Part shown: piece after piece, positions 28,421-36,405 of the stretch | How positions within the stretch are numbered: the stretch's first letter is position 1 | Layout of the letters: every line of letters begins with the position of its first letter | Assembly (NCBI GenBank): GCA_035277225.1 | Contig: DATEKY010000065.1 | Span: forward strand, 1-62,823 | Reading direction: 5' to 3' | DNA from: Xanthobacteraceae bacterium | Lineage (GTDB): Bacteria; Pseudomonadota; Alphaproteobacteria; Rhizobiales; Xanthobacteraceae | Length of the DNA stretch: 62,823 nt | Notes under the pieces: model-generated | What the model saw: only the letters and a program-made list of their open reading frames with translations | Databases searched by the model: none | Told to the model about the DNA's origin: nothing | Translations under genes and position numbers: made by a program

Positions 28421-30508
28421 CTAGAGTCGCGCACGCCTCAGAAGCTGCGCATTGATCGCGACGATGACCGTGCTCGCCGACATGAGCACTGCGGCAACTG
28501 CCGGTGGCAACAACAACCCCTGCTGGGCCAGAACCCCGGCAGCGAGCGGGATCGCGAAGATGTTGTAGCCGGCTGCCCACCACAGGTTCTGGACCATCTT
28601 TCGATAACTCGCCCGGCTGAGCGCGATGATTCGCGGCACGTCTCTGGGATCGCTACGCACAAGCACGACATCCCCTGCCTCAACTGCGACATCGGTGCCA
28701 GCGCCTATGGCGACCGCGACGTCAGCAGTCACAAGTGCCGGCGCATCGTTGACACCATCGCCGACCATCGCCACACGCTTGCCCTGGCTCTTCAGTGACT
28801 TGATCTTGTCCACCTTGTCGCCGGGCAGAACCTCGGCGAATACGGTGTCGATGCCCAAGTCCTGTGCGACGGCGTTCGCGACCGCTTTCGCATCGCCCGT
28901 GAGCATGACCACTTCAATGTGCTGATCGTGAAGGCGCTGAATGGCTTCCCGCGACTCCGGCCGTACCGCGTCTGCAACGGCGAAAGCCGCGATCGCACTC
29001 GTAGCAGTCAGCAAGTAAACCGATGCCTGGCCTCGCGAGGCTGCCCGTTCTGCGGCCTCGTGGACGGCTTCGGCGGGACTCACGTTGAGCCGCCGCAGCA
29101 TCGCCGGACCACCCATGAAGAACTCTCGACCTTCAACGACGGCGCGAACACCGTGGCCCGGAATGGCTTCGAACTGTTCCGCCTTTGAAACAGGCAGTTT
29201 CCGCTCCTCGGCGCTCTTGACAATGCCCTGGGCGATCGTGTGCTCGGAGTCTCGTTCAATCGCAGCCGCGATCCGAAGCGCCTCCGTCGCATCGACGCTT
29301 CCGTCGGTGGCGATGTCGATGACGCGAAACTCCCCACGTGTGAGCGTCCCGGTCTTGTCGAAGACCACCGTCGTCAGTTGTCTGGCTTCCTCGAGACCAC
29401 GGCGATCCCGGACCAGCAGACCGGATCTCGCACCAAGTGTCGTCGAGATGGCAATCACCAGGGGTACGGCAAGACCCAGTGCATGCGGGCAGGCGACGAC
29501 GAGGACGGAGACGACGCGCTCCACGGCGAATGCGCCGGGTGCGCCGAGCGCCGTCCACACCACAAACGTCAGCACGCCTGCTCCAATCGCGATAAGCGTC
29601 AGCAGGAACGCGGCCCGGTCGGCGAGCGCCTGAGCCCGCGAGCGGGATGTCTGCGCCTGTTCGACCAGCCGCATGATGTTCGCCAGTGCGGTGCGCTCTC
29701 CGGTCCCTGTGACTTCCACTCGAAGCGAGCCTGCGCCGTTGACGGTGCCTGCAATGACCTTCGATCCTTCCGTCTTCTGTACGGGTGCAGACTCGCCCGT
29801 AATCATCGATTCGTTGACGTCGCTTTTTCCGCTGCGGACGAGTCCGTCGGCCGGGACGCTCGCCCCAGGTCTGACGAGTACGAGGTCACTTTCTCTGAGC
29901 GCCGATATCGGTACATCCTCAATGCGTTCGTCAACGATGCGCGCCGCCGTACTCGGTAGGAGCTTCGCGAGTTCCTTCAGAGCCCCGCTCGCCTGGAAAA
30001 TCGAACGCATCTCGATCCAGTGGCCGAGGAGCATGATGGTCACCAGCGTGGCCAGCTCCCACCACAGTGCGTCTCCCGGATAGCCGAGTGTGACCGCGAG
30101 GCTGAAGAAGAACGCAACGCTGATTGCCAGAGAGATCAGCGTCATCATGCCGGGCAGACGATCGCGTAGTTCGCGAATTCCTCCTGCCAGAAATACCCAG
30201 CCTCCGTACAGGTAGACCGCTGTGCCGAAGAGAGCCGGGATGTATTGAGATCCAGAAAACGAAGGCGCCTGGAACCCGAACCAGTGCTGGATCATCTCGC
30301 TCCAGACCAGGGTGGGGATCGTCAGCGTGAGCGTGAGCCAGAACCTATCCCGAAACATCTCGACGCTGTGGCCGGCATGACGATCGTGTCCGCCGTGCTC
30401 GTCGTGTGAGTCCTGTGACTTCGAGTGTGGAGGAGAGGCTGTATGGGATGGCGCTGGAGAAGCGGAATGATCGTGATGATGCTCGTGTCCAGCAGGGTAA
30501 GAAGTCAT
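28421..30508 (-). CDS. copB: P1B-3 (CopB-type) copper ATPase with a His-rich N-terminus
   Basis: N-terminus GHEHHHDHS...HDEHGGHDRHAGH; TM6 CPH (VVACPHALGLAVP); DKTGT; [10 protein letters not shown]. Confidence 0.9.
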   Translation of the reverse strand: MTSYPAGHEHHHDHSASPAPSHTASPPHSKSQDSHDEHGGHDRHAGHSVEMFRDRFWLTLTLTIPTLVWSEMIQHWFGFQAPSFSGSQYIPALFGTAVYLYGGWVFLAGGIRELRDRLPGMMTLISLAISVAFFFSLAVTLGYPGDALWWELATLVTIMLLGHWIEMRSIFQASGALKELAKLLPSTAARIVDERIEDVPISALRESDLVLVRPGASVPADGLVRSGKSDVNESMITGESAPVQKTEGSKVIAGTVNGAGSLRVEVTGTGERTALANIMRLVEQAQTSRSRAQALADRAAFLLTLIAIGAGVLTFVVWTALGAPGAFAVERVVSVLVVACPHALGLAVPLVIAISTTLGARSGLLVRDRRGLEEARQLTTVVFDKTGTLTRGEFRVIDIATDGSVDATEALRIAAAIERDSEHTIAQGIVKSAEERKLPVSKAEQFEAIPGHGVRAVVEGREFFMGGPAMLRRLNVSPAEAVHEAAERAASRGQASVYLLTATSAIAAFAVADAVRPESREAIQRLHDQHIEVVMLTGDAKAVANAVAQDLGIDTVFAEVLPGDKVDKIKSLKSQGKRVAMVGDGVNDAPALVTADVAVAIGAGTDVAVEAGDVVLVRSDPRDVPRIIALSRASYRKMVQNLWWAAGYNIFAIPLAAGVLAQQGLLLPPAVAAVLMSASTVIVAINAQLLRRARL

Positions 30509-30545
30509 GATGGCTCCGGCGCGGCTTCGTTAATGCCGACTTGCC

Positions 30546-31586
30546 TTAGATGAGAGATGGTCCGATACCCAGCGCCGCATTTGTCCGCGCGATCGATTCT
30601 TTGCCGTCCTCCACACTCCGAGTCAGCGCTCGGATGGCATCGATCGTCTCCGGAATGACAATAGCCTGGTTATCGACCATGTAGGCGTAGAACAGCTCGT
30701 CTCCCTGCACGCGCAACATGTCGGCCCACAGTGCGACCTCATAGAGGTTGTCGTGTGGGCGTCCGCGATCCGCCATCAGCTCCTTGACAGAGTTGAGCGC
30801 AACCAAGCCGTCGCCAATCTGAATGAGGGCGATTCGCGACGAACCGCGAAAGGCGTCGAGTACTTCATCCTTCGTCGCCTGGCGTGTCAGCTGCACCGAC
30901 CAGTAATGCAAATGTGCCAGCGTCTCCGGGACCTTGACGGCCATAGTGACGACATCAAGCTCCGGATCGACCGTCTGCGCGTCCGGTCCCTGGTGACTCG
31001 GGATCTCCGGCTCCGGCACGAGCGTGTTCATGATACCGGTGTCATGGCTTTCCCACGGATCGGTAGCCCGGCGCAACAAGGTTCCCCTTGCACGCGTGAG
31101 CAGTCCCGCGCGCTTGAGCGCCGTCAACGTCCTCACCACCGAGGTGGTGTTGCACGAAACGACGCGTGTCGCATCGCGTCCGAGTGCGCTCGCATAGTTA
31201 CACTCGGCAACGAACGAGTGACCCGTCACGACGTGCTTCTCGCCTCCCTGCAGGATGAACTTCAAGCCGCGCCGACGGTAATAATCGACGTTCTTCGCCG
31301 CGATGCGCTTGGGCGTGCAGTCCACAATGACATCGACTTGACCGAGCAGATCGTCCAGCGTTCCAGCAACATCGAGATTTGCTTTGCGCATTGCATCGGC
31401 AGCGTCAGGTGTCGCTCCGAATAGACGGAAACCATTCCGAAGCGCGGTGTGCGCTCGCCAATCCGTCACCACGTCAGACACGCCCGCCAATGACATGTCG
31501 TCCTGCAGAGCCACGGCCGAGGCCACTCGCTTGCCGATCACGCCATAGCCGTTGATGCCAATCCTGAGGCGATGTGAGTCAGCCAC
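30546..31586 (-). CDS. gap: Type II (archaeal-type) glyceraldehyde-3-phosphate dehydrogenase
   Basis: Motifs seen: IGINGYGVIGKRVA, VSCNTTS (catalytic Cys), IPSHQGPDAQTV, MVDNQAIVIPETIDAIRAL. These are characteristic of archaeal-type GAPDH. Confidence 0.88.
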   Translation of the reverse strand: MADSHRLRIGINGYGVIGKRVASAVALQDDMSLAGVSDVVTDWRAHTALRNGFRLFGATPDAADAMRKANLDVAGTLDDLLGQVDVIVDCTPKRIAAKNVDYYRRRGLKFILQGGEKHVVTGHSFVAECNYASALGRDATRVVSCNTTSVVRTLTALKRAGLLTRARGTLLRRATDPWESHDTGIMNTLVPEPEIPSHQGPDAQTVDPELDVVTMAVKVPETLAHLHYWSVQLTRQATKDEVLDAFRGSSRIALIQIGDGLVALNSVKELMADRGRPHDNLYEVALWADMLRVQGDELFYAYMVDNQAIVIPETIDAIRALTRSVEDGKESIARTNAALGIGPSLI

Positions 31587-31607
31587 GTGCGGTCTCCTCT
31601 CTGTTCG

Positions 31608-32249
31608 TCAGCTCGATTGTCGCGCACGAAGTGCTGGCACTACGTGGCGCTTGCAGCAGTCCGGCATCTCACCGCGCAGAATATCGAGCGTCTCCGCCGC
31701 CTTGTCGAGAAACTCCGATGTCGACTCGACGATGAAGCGCCTGGGGTGCGACTGCCAAGCTTGTAGAATGCGCCGATCGACTGCGGCCGCAACTGCAGCG
31801 GACTCGGTTCTGAGCGGATTCTGCTTGTTGTAGCCGCGGTCCTCTGGTGGTGTCCGCAGATGGATCACGGCGTCGTATCGGGCCAGTTGCTTGTCGAGTG
31901 TCGTCTGGACAGACGACATGAACTCATCGACTGAGCCGGGCCAATACGCGAGACCATCAAGCGTTCCGCGGTCGCACAGCACGATCGTCGGGTTGTGACT
32001 GTCCCCGGCGTTCTCGAGCTCCCGCTGGACGAAGAAGATCGCCCGCTGTGCCGCTCGTTTGCACTCAGGATCGTCCTCACGGGGAAAGCCGCCGCCAAAG
32101 ATGACTCCGGCGGCCTCGGAAAGGACCTTGACGTGCTCGCAGAAGGACTGCCGGATCAGCTCGAGGACGGCAGTCTTTCCTGCGCCCGGACCACCTGTGA
32201 GCACAACTCGGCGTCGCTTATGCGTCGTGGCGCATTGGCATTCAACCAT
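31608..32249 (-). CDS. AAA-family ATPase (NadR/AAA_28-like small P-loop protein)
   Basis: VVLTGGPGAGKTAVLE Walker A and VLCDRG Walker B-like motif. 213 aa. Confidence 0.75.
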   Translation of the reverse strand: MVECQCATTHKRRRVVLTGGPGAGKTAVLELIRQSFCEHVKVLSEAAGVIFGGGFPREDDPECKRAAQRAIFFVQRELENAGDSHNPTIVLCDRGTLDGLAYWPGSVDEFMSSVQTTLDKQLARYDAVIHLRTPPEDRGYNKQNPLRTESAAVAAAVDRRILQAWQSHPRRFIVESTSEFLDKAAETLDILRGEMPDCCKRHVVPALRARQSS

Positions 32250-32901
32250 GGCGTCTCCCTTTCACGCGCGCCGCCTCGATCAGTTCGACTTGTCCGTGTG
32301 CTCTCCACTTCTCGATCAGTGCGAGCATGCCAAAGGCCGTATCTCTTATCTGCGTGTGCCGCAGTACGTCCCAGTGTTCTCGCAGATATTGCTGGAGGAA
32401 CTCGACAACATGCCGCATGGAGACTGTCATCCAGGCGGCAGTGTGTCCATCGTCAGTTACATCTCCGAACGCAACCATCCGAACGGAGTGCCCGCCGGGC
32501 GCAACCGCGTGTCCCTGCGACAAGAGCTGCTGCACCACGCCCTTCACGTGCTCGGGAGGGCAGCAGCCAAACCGCGCCAGCGCAACTGCAAGAACGGCTG
32601 GATCGCGCATGGCTGCATTGAATCGTGCGGCGCCCTCCTTGACTTCACCCACGATCATGTCAGGACGCTCTGACGGGCAGCGCAACAGCGGGTCCGTCGC
32701 AGCCACTGTGTTGTCACTTCGCACCCTTTTACTGCGGATGACTTCGTGGCCGGCACCAGCGAACCGGAACGCAAGGATGTCGAGGTCGGTCACTGTCCGG
32801 GCGTGCTCGCCGCCATAGGTCTCGAGAACCGGGTACTCCGCCACCGTGAAGTAGCCGTTCACGTGAAGGTAGGCTTGAACGAGCGCGACAGACGTGTCCA
32901 T
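32242..32901 (-). CDS. Hypothetical protein with a PD-(D/E)xK-like motif
   Basis: 219 aa. TDLDILAFRF ... PDMIVGEVKEG fits a D...E-x-K arrangement. The stop overlaps the start of the AAA gene by 8 nt. Confidence 0.6.
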   Translation of the reverse strand: MDTSVALVQAYLHVNGYFTVAEYPVLETYGGEHARTVTDLDILAFRFAGAGHEVIRSKRVRSDNTVAATDPLLRCPSERPDMIVGEVKEGAARFNAAMRDPAVLAVALARFGCCPPEHVKGVVQQLLSQGHAVAPGGHSVRMVAFGDVTDDGHTAAWMTVSMRHVVEFLQQYLREHWDVLRHTQIRDTAFGMLALIEKWRAHGQVELIEAARVKGRRHG

Positions 32902-32911
32902 AGCGACTCCG

Positions 32912-33577
32912 TTAAGTTCGGCGTTCCGCGTGTTCGCGCATCGTTCCGCCGAACCTCGGGATGAAGGCTGGCGTATGACTCGCGTAGGCGTCCCACGTCG
33001 TTCCGAACTGCGCCTGCACGTCTCGCTCTTCGCGCCGTGCCAGTCGTCCGTAGGTGACCACCAGAATCGGGAACATCACCAACGTCACCAGGGTCGGCCA
33101 CTGCAGCAGGAAGCCGAACATGATGACGATGAACGCGACGTACTGCGGGTGTCGCACGTACGTGTATGGCCCCGTCGTAGCCAGAGTTCCCTCCTGCTGC
33201 GCCTTGAACAGCACCGGCCATGCCGAAGAGAGCAAGATGAAGCCGGCGAAGATCGCGACGTTGCTCAGGATGTGGATCGGATTCAGGTGCGGGTCTCCGT
33301 GGAAGCCGAACAGCGAGTACCACAGGTGCCCGAAGTCATGGCTGAAGGGATCGACACCGGGGAATCTCCGGCTCAGCCATCCTGAGAGCAGATAGATGGT
33401 CAAGGGGAACCCGTACATCTCCACGAACAGCGCCACGATGAATGCCGAGAAAGTGCCGAATGTCCGCCAGTCGCGTGAGGTCTTCGGCTTGAAGAAGCTG
33501 AACGCGAACAGGATGAAGACGGCAGCGTTGATGACAACGAGTGCCCAGAGCCCGTATGCCGGTGTGTCGTGATTCAT
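32912..33577 (-). CDS. Isoprenylcysteine carboxyl methyltransferase (ICMT)/phospholipid methyltransferase family membrane protein
   Basis: Multi-TM protein with the C-terminal TTGPYTYVRHPQYVAFIVIMFG motif. ATG at 33575-33577 overlaps the upstream stop. Confidence 0.8.
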   Translation of the reverse strand: MNHDTPAYGLWALVVINAAVFILFAFSFFKPKTSRDWRTFGTFSAFIVALFVEMYGFPLTIYLLSGWLSRRFPGVDPFSHDFGHLWYSLFGFHGDPHLNPIHILSNVAIFAGFILLSSAWPVLFKAQQEGTLATTGPYTYVRHPQYVAFIVIMFGFLLQWPTLVTLVMFPILVVTYGRLARREERDVQAQFGTTWDAYASHTPAFIPRFGGTMREHAERRT

Positions 33578-33831
33578 GGCGTCCTCCGCTCGTCGACTCC
33601 AGTCCGCGCCGGTGCATGGCCATGATGGCCCCCGTGCCCACCGTGCCCGCGATGCATGAACAGGTGGACGATTGGGCACAGCAGGAGCAACACGTACGGC
33701 AGTGCACCCAGAAGATGAGCGCGGTGCTCTTCCCACAGGAAGAAGGCTGCCACGCCGAGGAACACGCAGGCGCCCACCCAATACGGGAAGCGCCAGTGTT
33801 GCTGAAGGTTGTCATCGAGATGCGTGGTCAT
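33574..33831 (-). CDS. DUF2933-like small membrane protein with a His-rich tail
   Basis: 85 aa, two TM segments, and MHRGHGGHGGHHGH. ATGA overlaps at both ends. Confidence 0.7.
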   Translation of the reverse strand: MTTHLDDNLQQHWRFPYWVGACVFLGVAAFFLWEEHRAHLLGALPYVLLLLCPIVHLFMHRGHGGHGGHHGHAPARTGVDERRTP

Positions 33832-36167
33832 ACGTTCCTCCTCGCGCCGCTGTCTTGATCACTCGAAGGTCGCCGCGCAGCGGTCCGCTTTCTTCCGAAC
33901 GCAATCGTCTGTGGCTCACCGGCACAGCACGGTCCGCCGCCCGCGCATCCTGGATGCTCACAGCGGAAACTGAATTCCAGGCGCTGGGCTGACGCCGGAA
34001 ACGGCCCGACCGTGATCTGAAAGCGTCGTGCTCCGGCCATCACGCCGCCGACCGCAGTGAGAGCCCGGGTCTCCGTGGGCATCTGGTCAACGCAGTACGT
34101 CAAGCGGCCCGGGCAGTTGGTACGAATAGTGAGCTGGTCTGTGCGCCGAATTGCTTCCAGCGGATGCGTAAATGTCCAGACGACGGGATGTGCCACGATG
34201 AAATCGTCGAGCGCATCGGGTGCATCCAGCTCGAGCGCCGCATAGACTGCTTTCAAGTGCGTGCGGAACAACTCGTCGAACGCGGCGTCGTTGTGCGACT
34301 CCTGATCGTTGCCGAACCACCAGAACCAGTCGGACCCTTCCGCCGCGAACATCGATTCCCGGGCACGTTCGGCCGCTAACGTCGGCGGGTGGGCCTTCGC
34401 GAATGCGGCTCGGGTTGCACCGAGCAAGTTCCAGGCAGCGTTCTCCTCCGGCTCTCCGATCCAGGTACCGAGGTCCACTCCCGGCGCTGAGCCTGGCTCA
34501 TCGATCCACGAACCGGTCGCGAGCTCATAGACGCGCGCGAGCTCCGATGCCGGATGGGCATCGACGCCGCGTTCGGCATTTCCGCGGAGGTACTCTGAAA
34601 AGGTCACCGTCCTGAGACGCCCGTCTGTCGCGAGGCGGTGGTAGAGCGCTTTCAGGAACGGCCGTCCGTCGTCCGGATATCCGCCCCACGCGTTCTCGCC
34701 GTCCAGGACGATCGTGAGCACGCGGTCTGTATCGCTGCCTACACTGTCGAGGAACCTTGCCTCGAGGGTTCGCATGAACTCGTCCACGGCGGCATCTGAG
34801 TCTGCGTGTCGCCCGTAGCGGAAACCGATTCCGTCGGAAAGGTCTGTCTCCCTGAAGAAGATCGCGATCGGCTCCGATTCGTCCGACGCGCGATAGGGCT
34901 GGCAGAGCACGTCAGGTTCGGCGGTGCGATAGCCCCAACGCCCCGAACGGGCGAGGACACCTGCATCGCTCGCGATCCACCTGATACCCCGCCTGGCGAT
35001 GGTATCAACGGCCAGTACGGACACGGCTCCTTCCGCTGGCCACATGCCAGCAGGCCTTTTGCCGAATCGACTGGCGTAGTCGGCACACGCAAGCTCGACG
35101 TGCGACGCCGCGTCGTCCGGATGTGTGAACCGCTGCGGGAGTGACGTGCCGGGTCGGTCGACGTAGGCACCATCCGTGTCGATGAGCAGTGGAAGAATCG
35201 GGTGAAATGCCGGCGTCGTGCTGACCTCGATTCGGCCGGCTGCCTGCAGTTCGCGGTGAATGGGAACGATCGCGCGAAGGATCTTGTACTGGTCATCCAG
35301 CATCGCCAGCACGTCGCCGTGAGAGAAGCCATGCTGTTGCTCGACGAATCGGTGCGCGTGGACCACCTCGCCGGTGATCAATGTGACGGCATCCGAGCGG
35401 AACTCGTGGCCGAACCACGCCAGGTTGGACCACATCTGAAGATCGCGGACCTCCTGCCGCGAGAACCTCGTCCCACGCGTTCGCTGCTCGAACAGTTCGC
35501 GGTACCGCGGGTGGATGTAGATCTGGTGGTGCCAGTCGGCGTCGAAGAAGGTGGATAGGACTTCTTCGACTTCAGCGCTCGTCAGCTTCTCAGCGGGCTT
35601 CCGACTCAGCTCAAGCGACCGGTCGGTCGCGATGTTTGACGCGTAGTCATCGATCTGGCGCAACAGCACCGGCGTGAGGTTGATCGTGAGGTGGACGTCG
35701 TGCCCACGAACAAGCTCCGCCATCGAGTAGTAGTCGCGGATAGCGTGCAGCCGTACCCATGGATAGCGAAGGCGTCCTTCGAGCGTGCCCGCTGTTGGAA
35801 TTTTGTAAAGCGGTTGGTGCTGATGCCATAGCCACGCCAGATAGAGCGTGGGTTTCACCGTTGTCGCAAATGAGCCAGCACGGACTGTCTCTGTGCCGCG
35901 CGAGCCGAGAACCGTGTAGGTCACCCGGTCGCCATCCGCGAACGGCCCGAGAGAAGCAGACCAGAAGCTATTCCCGTCTTCGTTACGCTGCCACGTTGCA
36001 GTCGAGGTGCCGTGAGACGAGCCGCTTCGCCCGGCGACTGCCCAGTCGACCCACACTTCCTGGCCAGGTTCGATCGGCCACGTGCCAATCACAAGTGGGA
36101 TGACCCGTCCTGGCGGAGTCCGCTGCGGCGGGCCTGGAGCATCTGCCGTTCCGTGCCAGATGGTCAT
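33828..36167 (-). CDS. Glycoside hydrolase family 57 protein with an extra N-terminal beta-domain and a Cys-rich C-terminus
   Basis: Motifs seen: LAWLWHQHQPLY, GMWPAEGAVS (nucleophile Glu region), LDGENAWGGY. ATG at 36165-36167. Confidence 0.8.
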   Translation of the reverse strand: MTIWHGTADAPGPPQRTPPGRVIPLVIGTWPIEPGQEVWVDWAVAGRSGSSHGTSTATWQRNEDGNSFWSASLGPFADGDRVTYTVLGSRGTETVRAGSFATTVKPTLYLAWLWHQHQPLYKIPTAGTLEGRLRYPWVRLHAIRDYYSMAELVRGHDVHLTINLTPVLLRQIDDYASNIATDRSLELSRKPAEKLTSAEVEEVLSTFFDADWHHQIYIHPRYRELFEQRTRGTRFSRQEVRDLQMWSNLAWFGHEFRSDAVTLITGEVVHAHRFVEQQHGFSHGDVLAMLDDQYKILRAIVPIHRELQAAGRIEVSTTPAFHPILPLLIDTDGAYVDRPGTSLPQRFTHPDDAASHVELACADYASRFGKRPAGMWPAEGAVSVLAVDTIARRGIRWIASDAGVLARSGRWGYRTAEPDVLCQPYRASDESEPIAIFFRETDLSDGIGFRYGRHADSDAAVDEFMRTLEARFLDSVGSDTDRVLTIVLDGENAWGGYPDDGRPFLKALYHRLATDGRLRTVTFSEYLRGNAERGVDAHPASELARVYELATGSWIDEPGSAPGVDLGTWIGEPEENAAWNLLGATRAAFAKAHPPTLAAERARESMFAAEGSDWFWWFGNDQESHNDAAFDELFRTHLKAVYAALELDAPDALDDFIVAHPVVWTFTHPLEAIRRTDQLTIRTNCPGRLTYCVDQMPTETRALTAVGGVMAGARRFQITVGPFPASAQRLEFSFRCEHPGCAGGGPCCAGEPQTIAFGRKRTAARRPSSDQDSGARRNV

Positions 36168-36172
36168 GAGCC

Positions 36173-36397
36173 TCACTCCTTGCTGCCTGCGGCTCCATTT
36201 ACTAATCGGCCATCGCGCGACCAATGCAGGGCGCCGCGCGCGACGAGGATTTCGATCGCCACGCGGCACGTCATTCCGTCACACCCCCAGAGCCTACGTG
36301 CTTGCTCGGGTGTCAGCGCCAGTCCTGGCATCTCTCGGTATTCACCGAGGATGCGGTCGACAAGTGCCCGGTCCACCAGGTTGTCAGTGGCCGTCAT
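36173..36397 (-). CDS. 74-aa protein, possibly a winged-helix DNA-binding protein
   Basis: MTATDNLVDRALVDRILGEYREMPGLALTPEQARRLWGCDGMTCRVAIEILVARGALHWSRDGRLV. It is wedged between the P2-ATPase stop (8 nt) and the GH57 start (5 nt). Confidence 0.5.
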   Translation of the reverse strand: MTATDNLVDRALVDRILGEYREMPGLALTPEQARRLWGCDGMTCRVAIEILVARGALHWSRDGRLVNGAAGSKE

Positions 36398-36405
36398 GAC
36401 GCACC

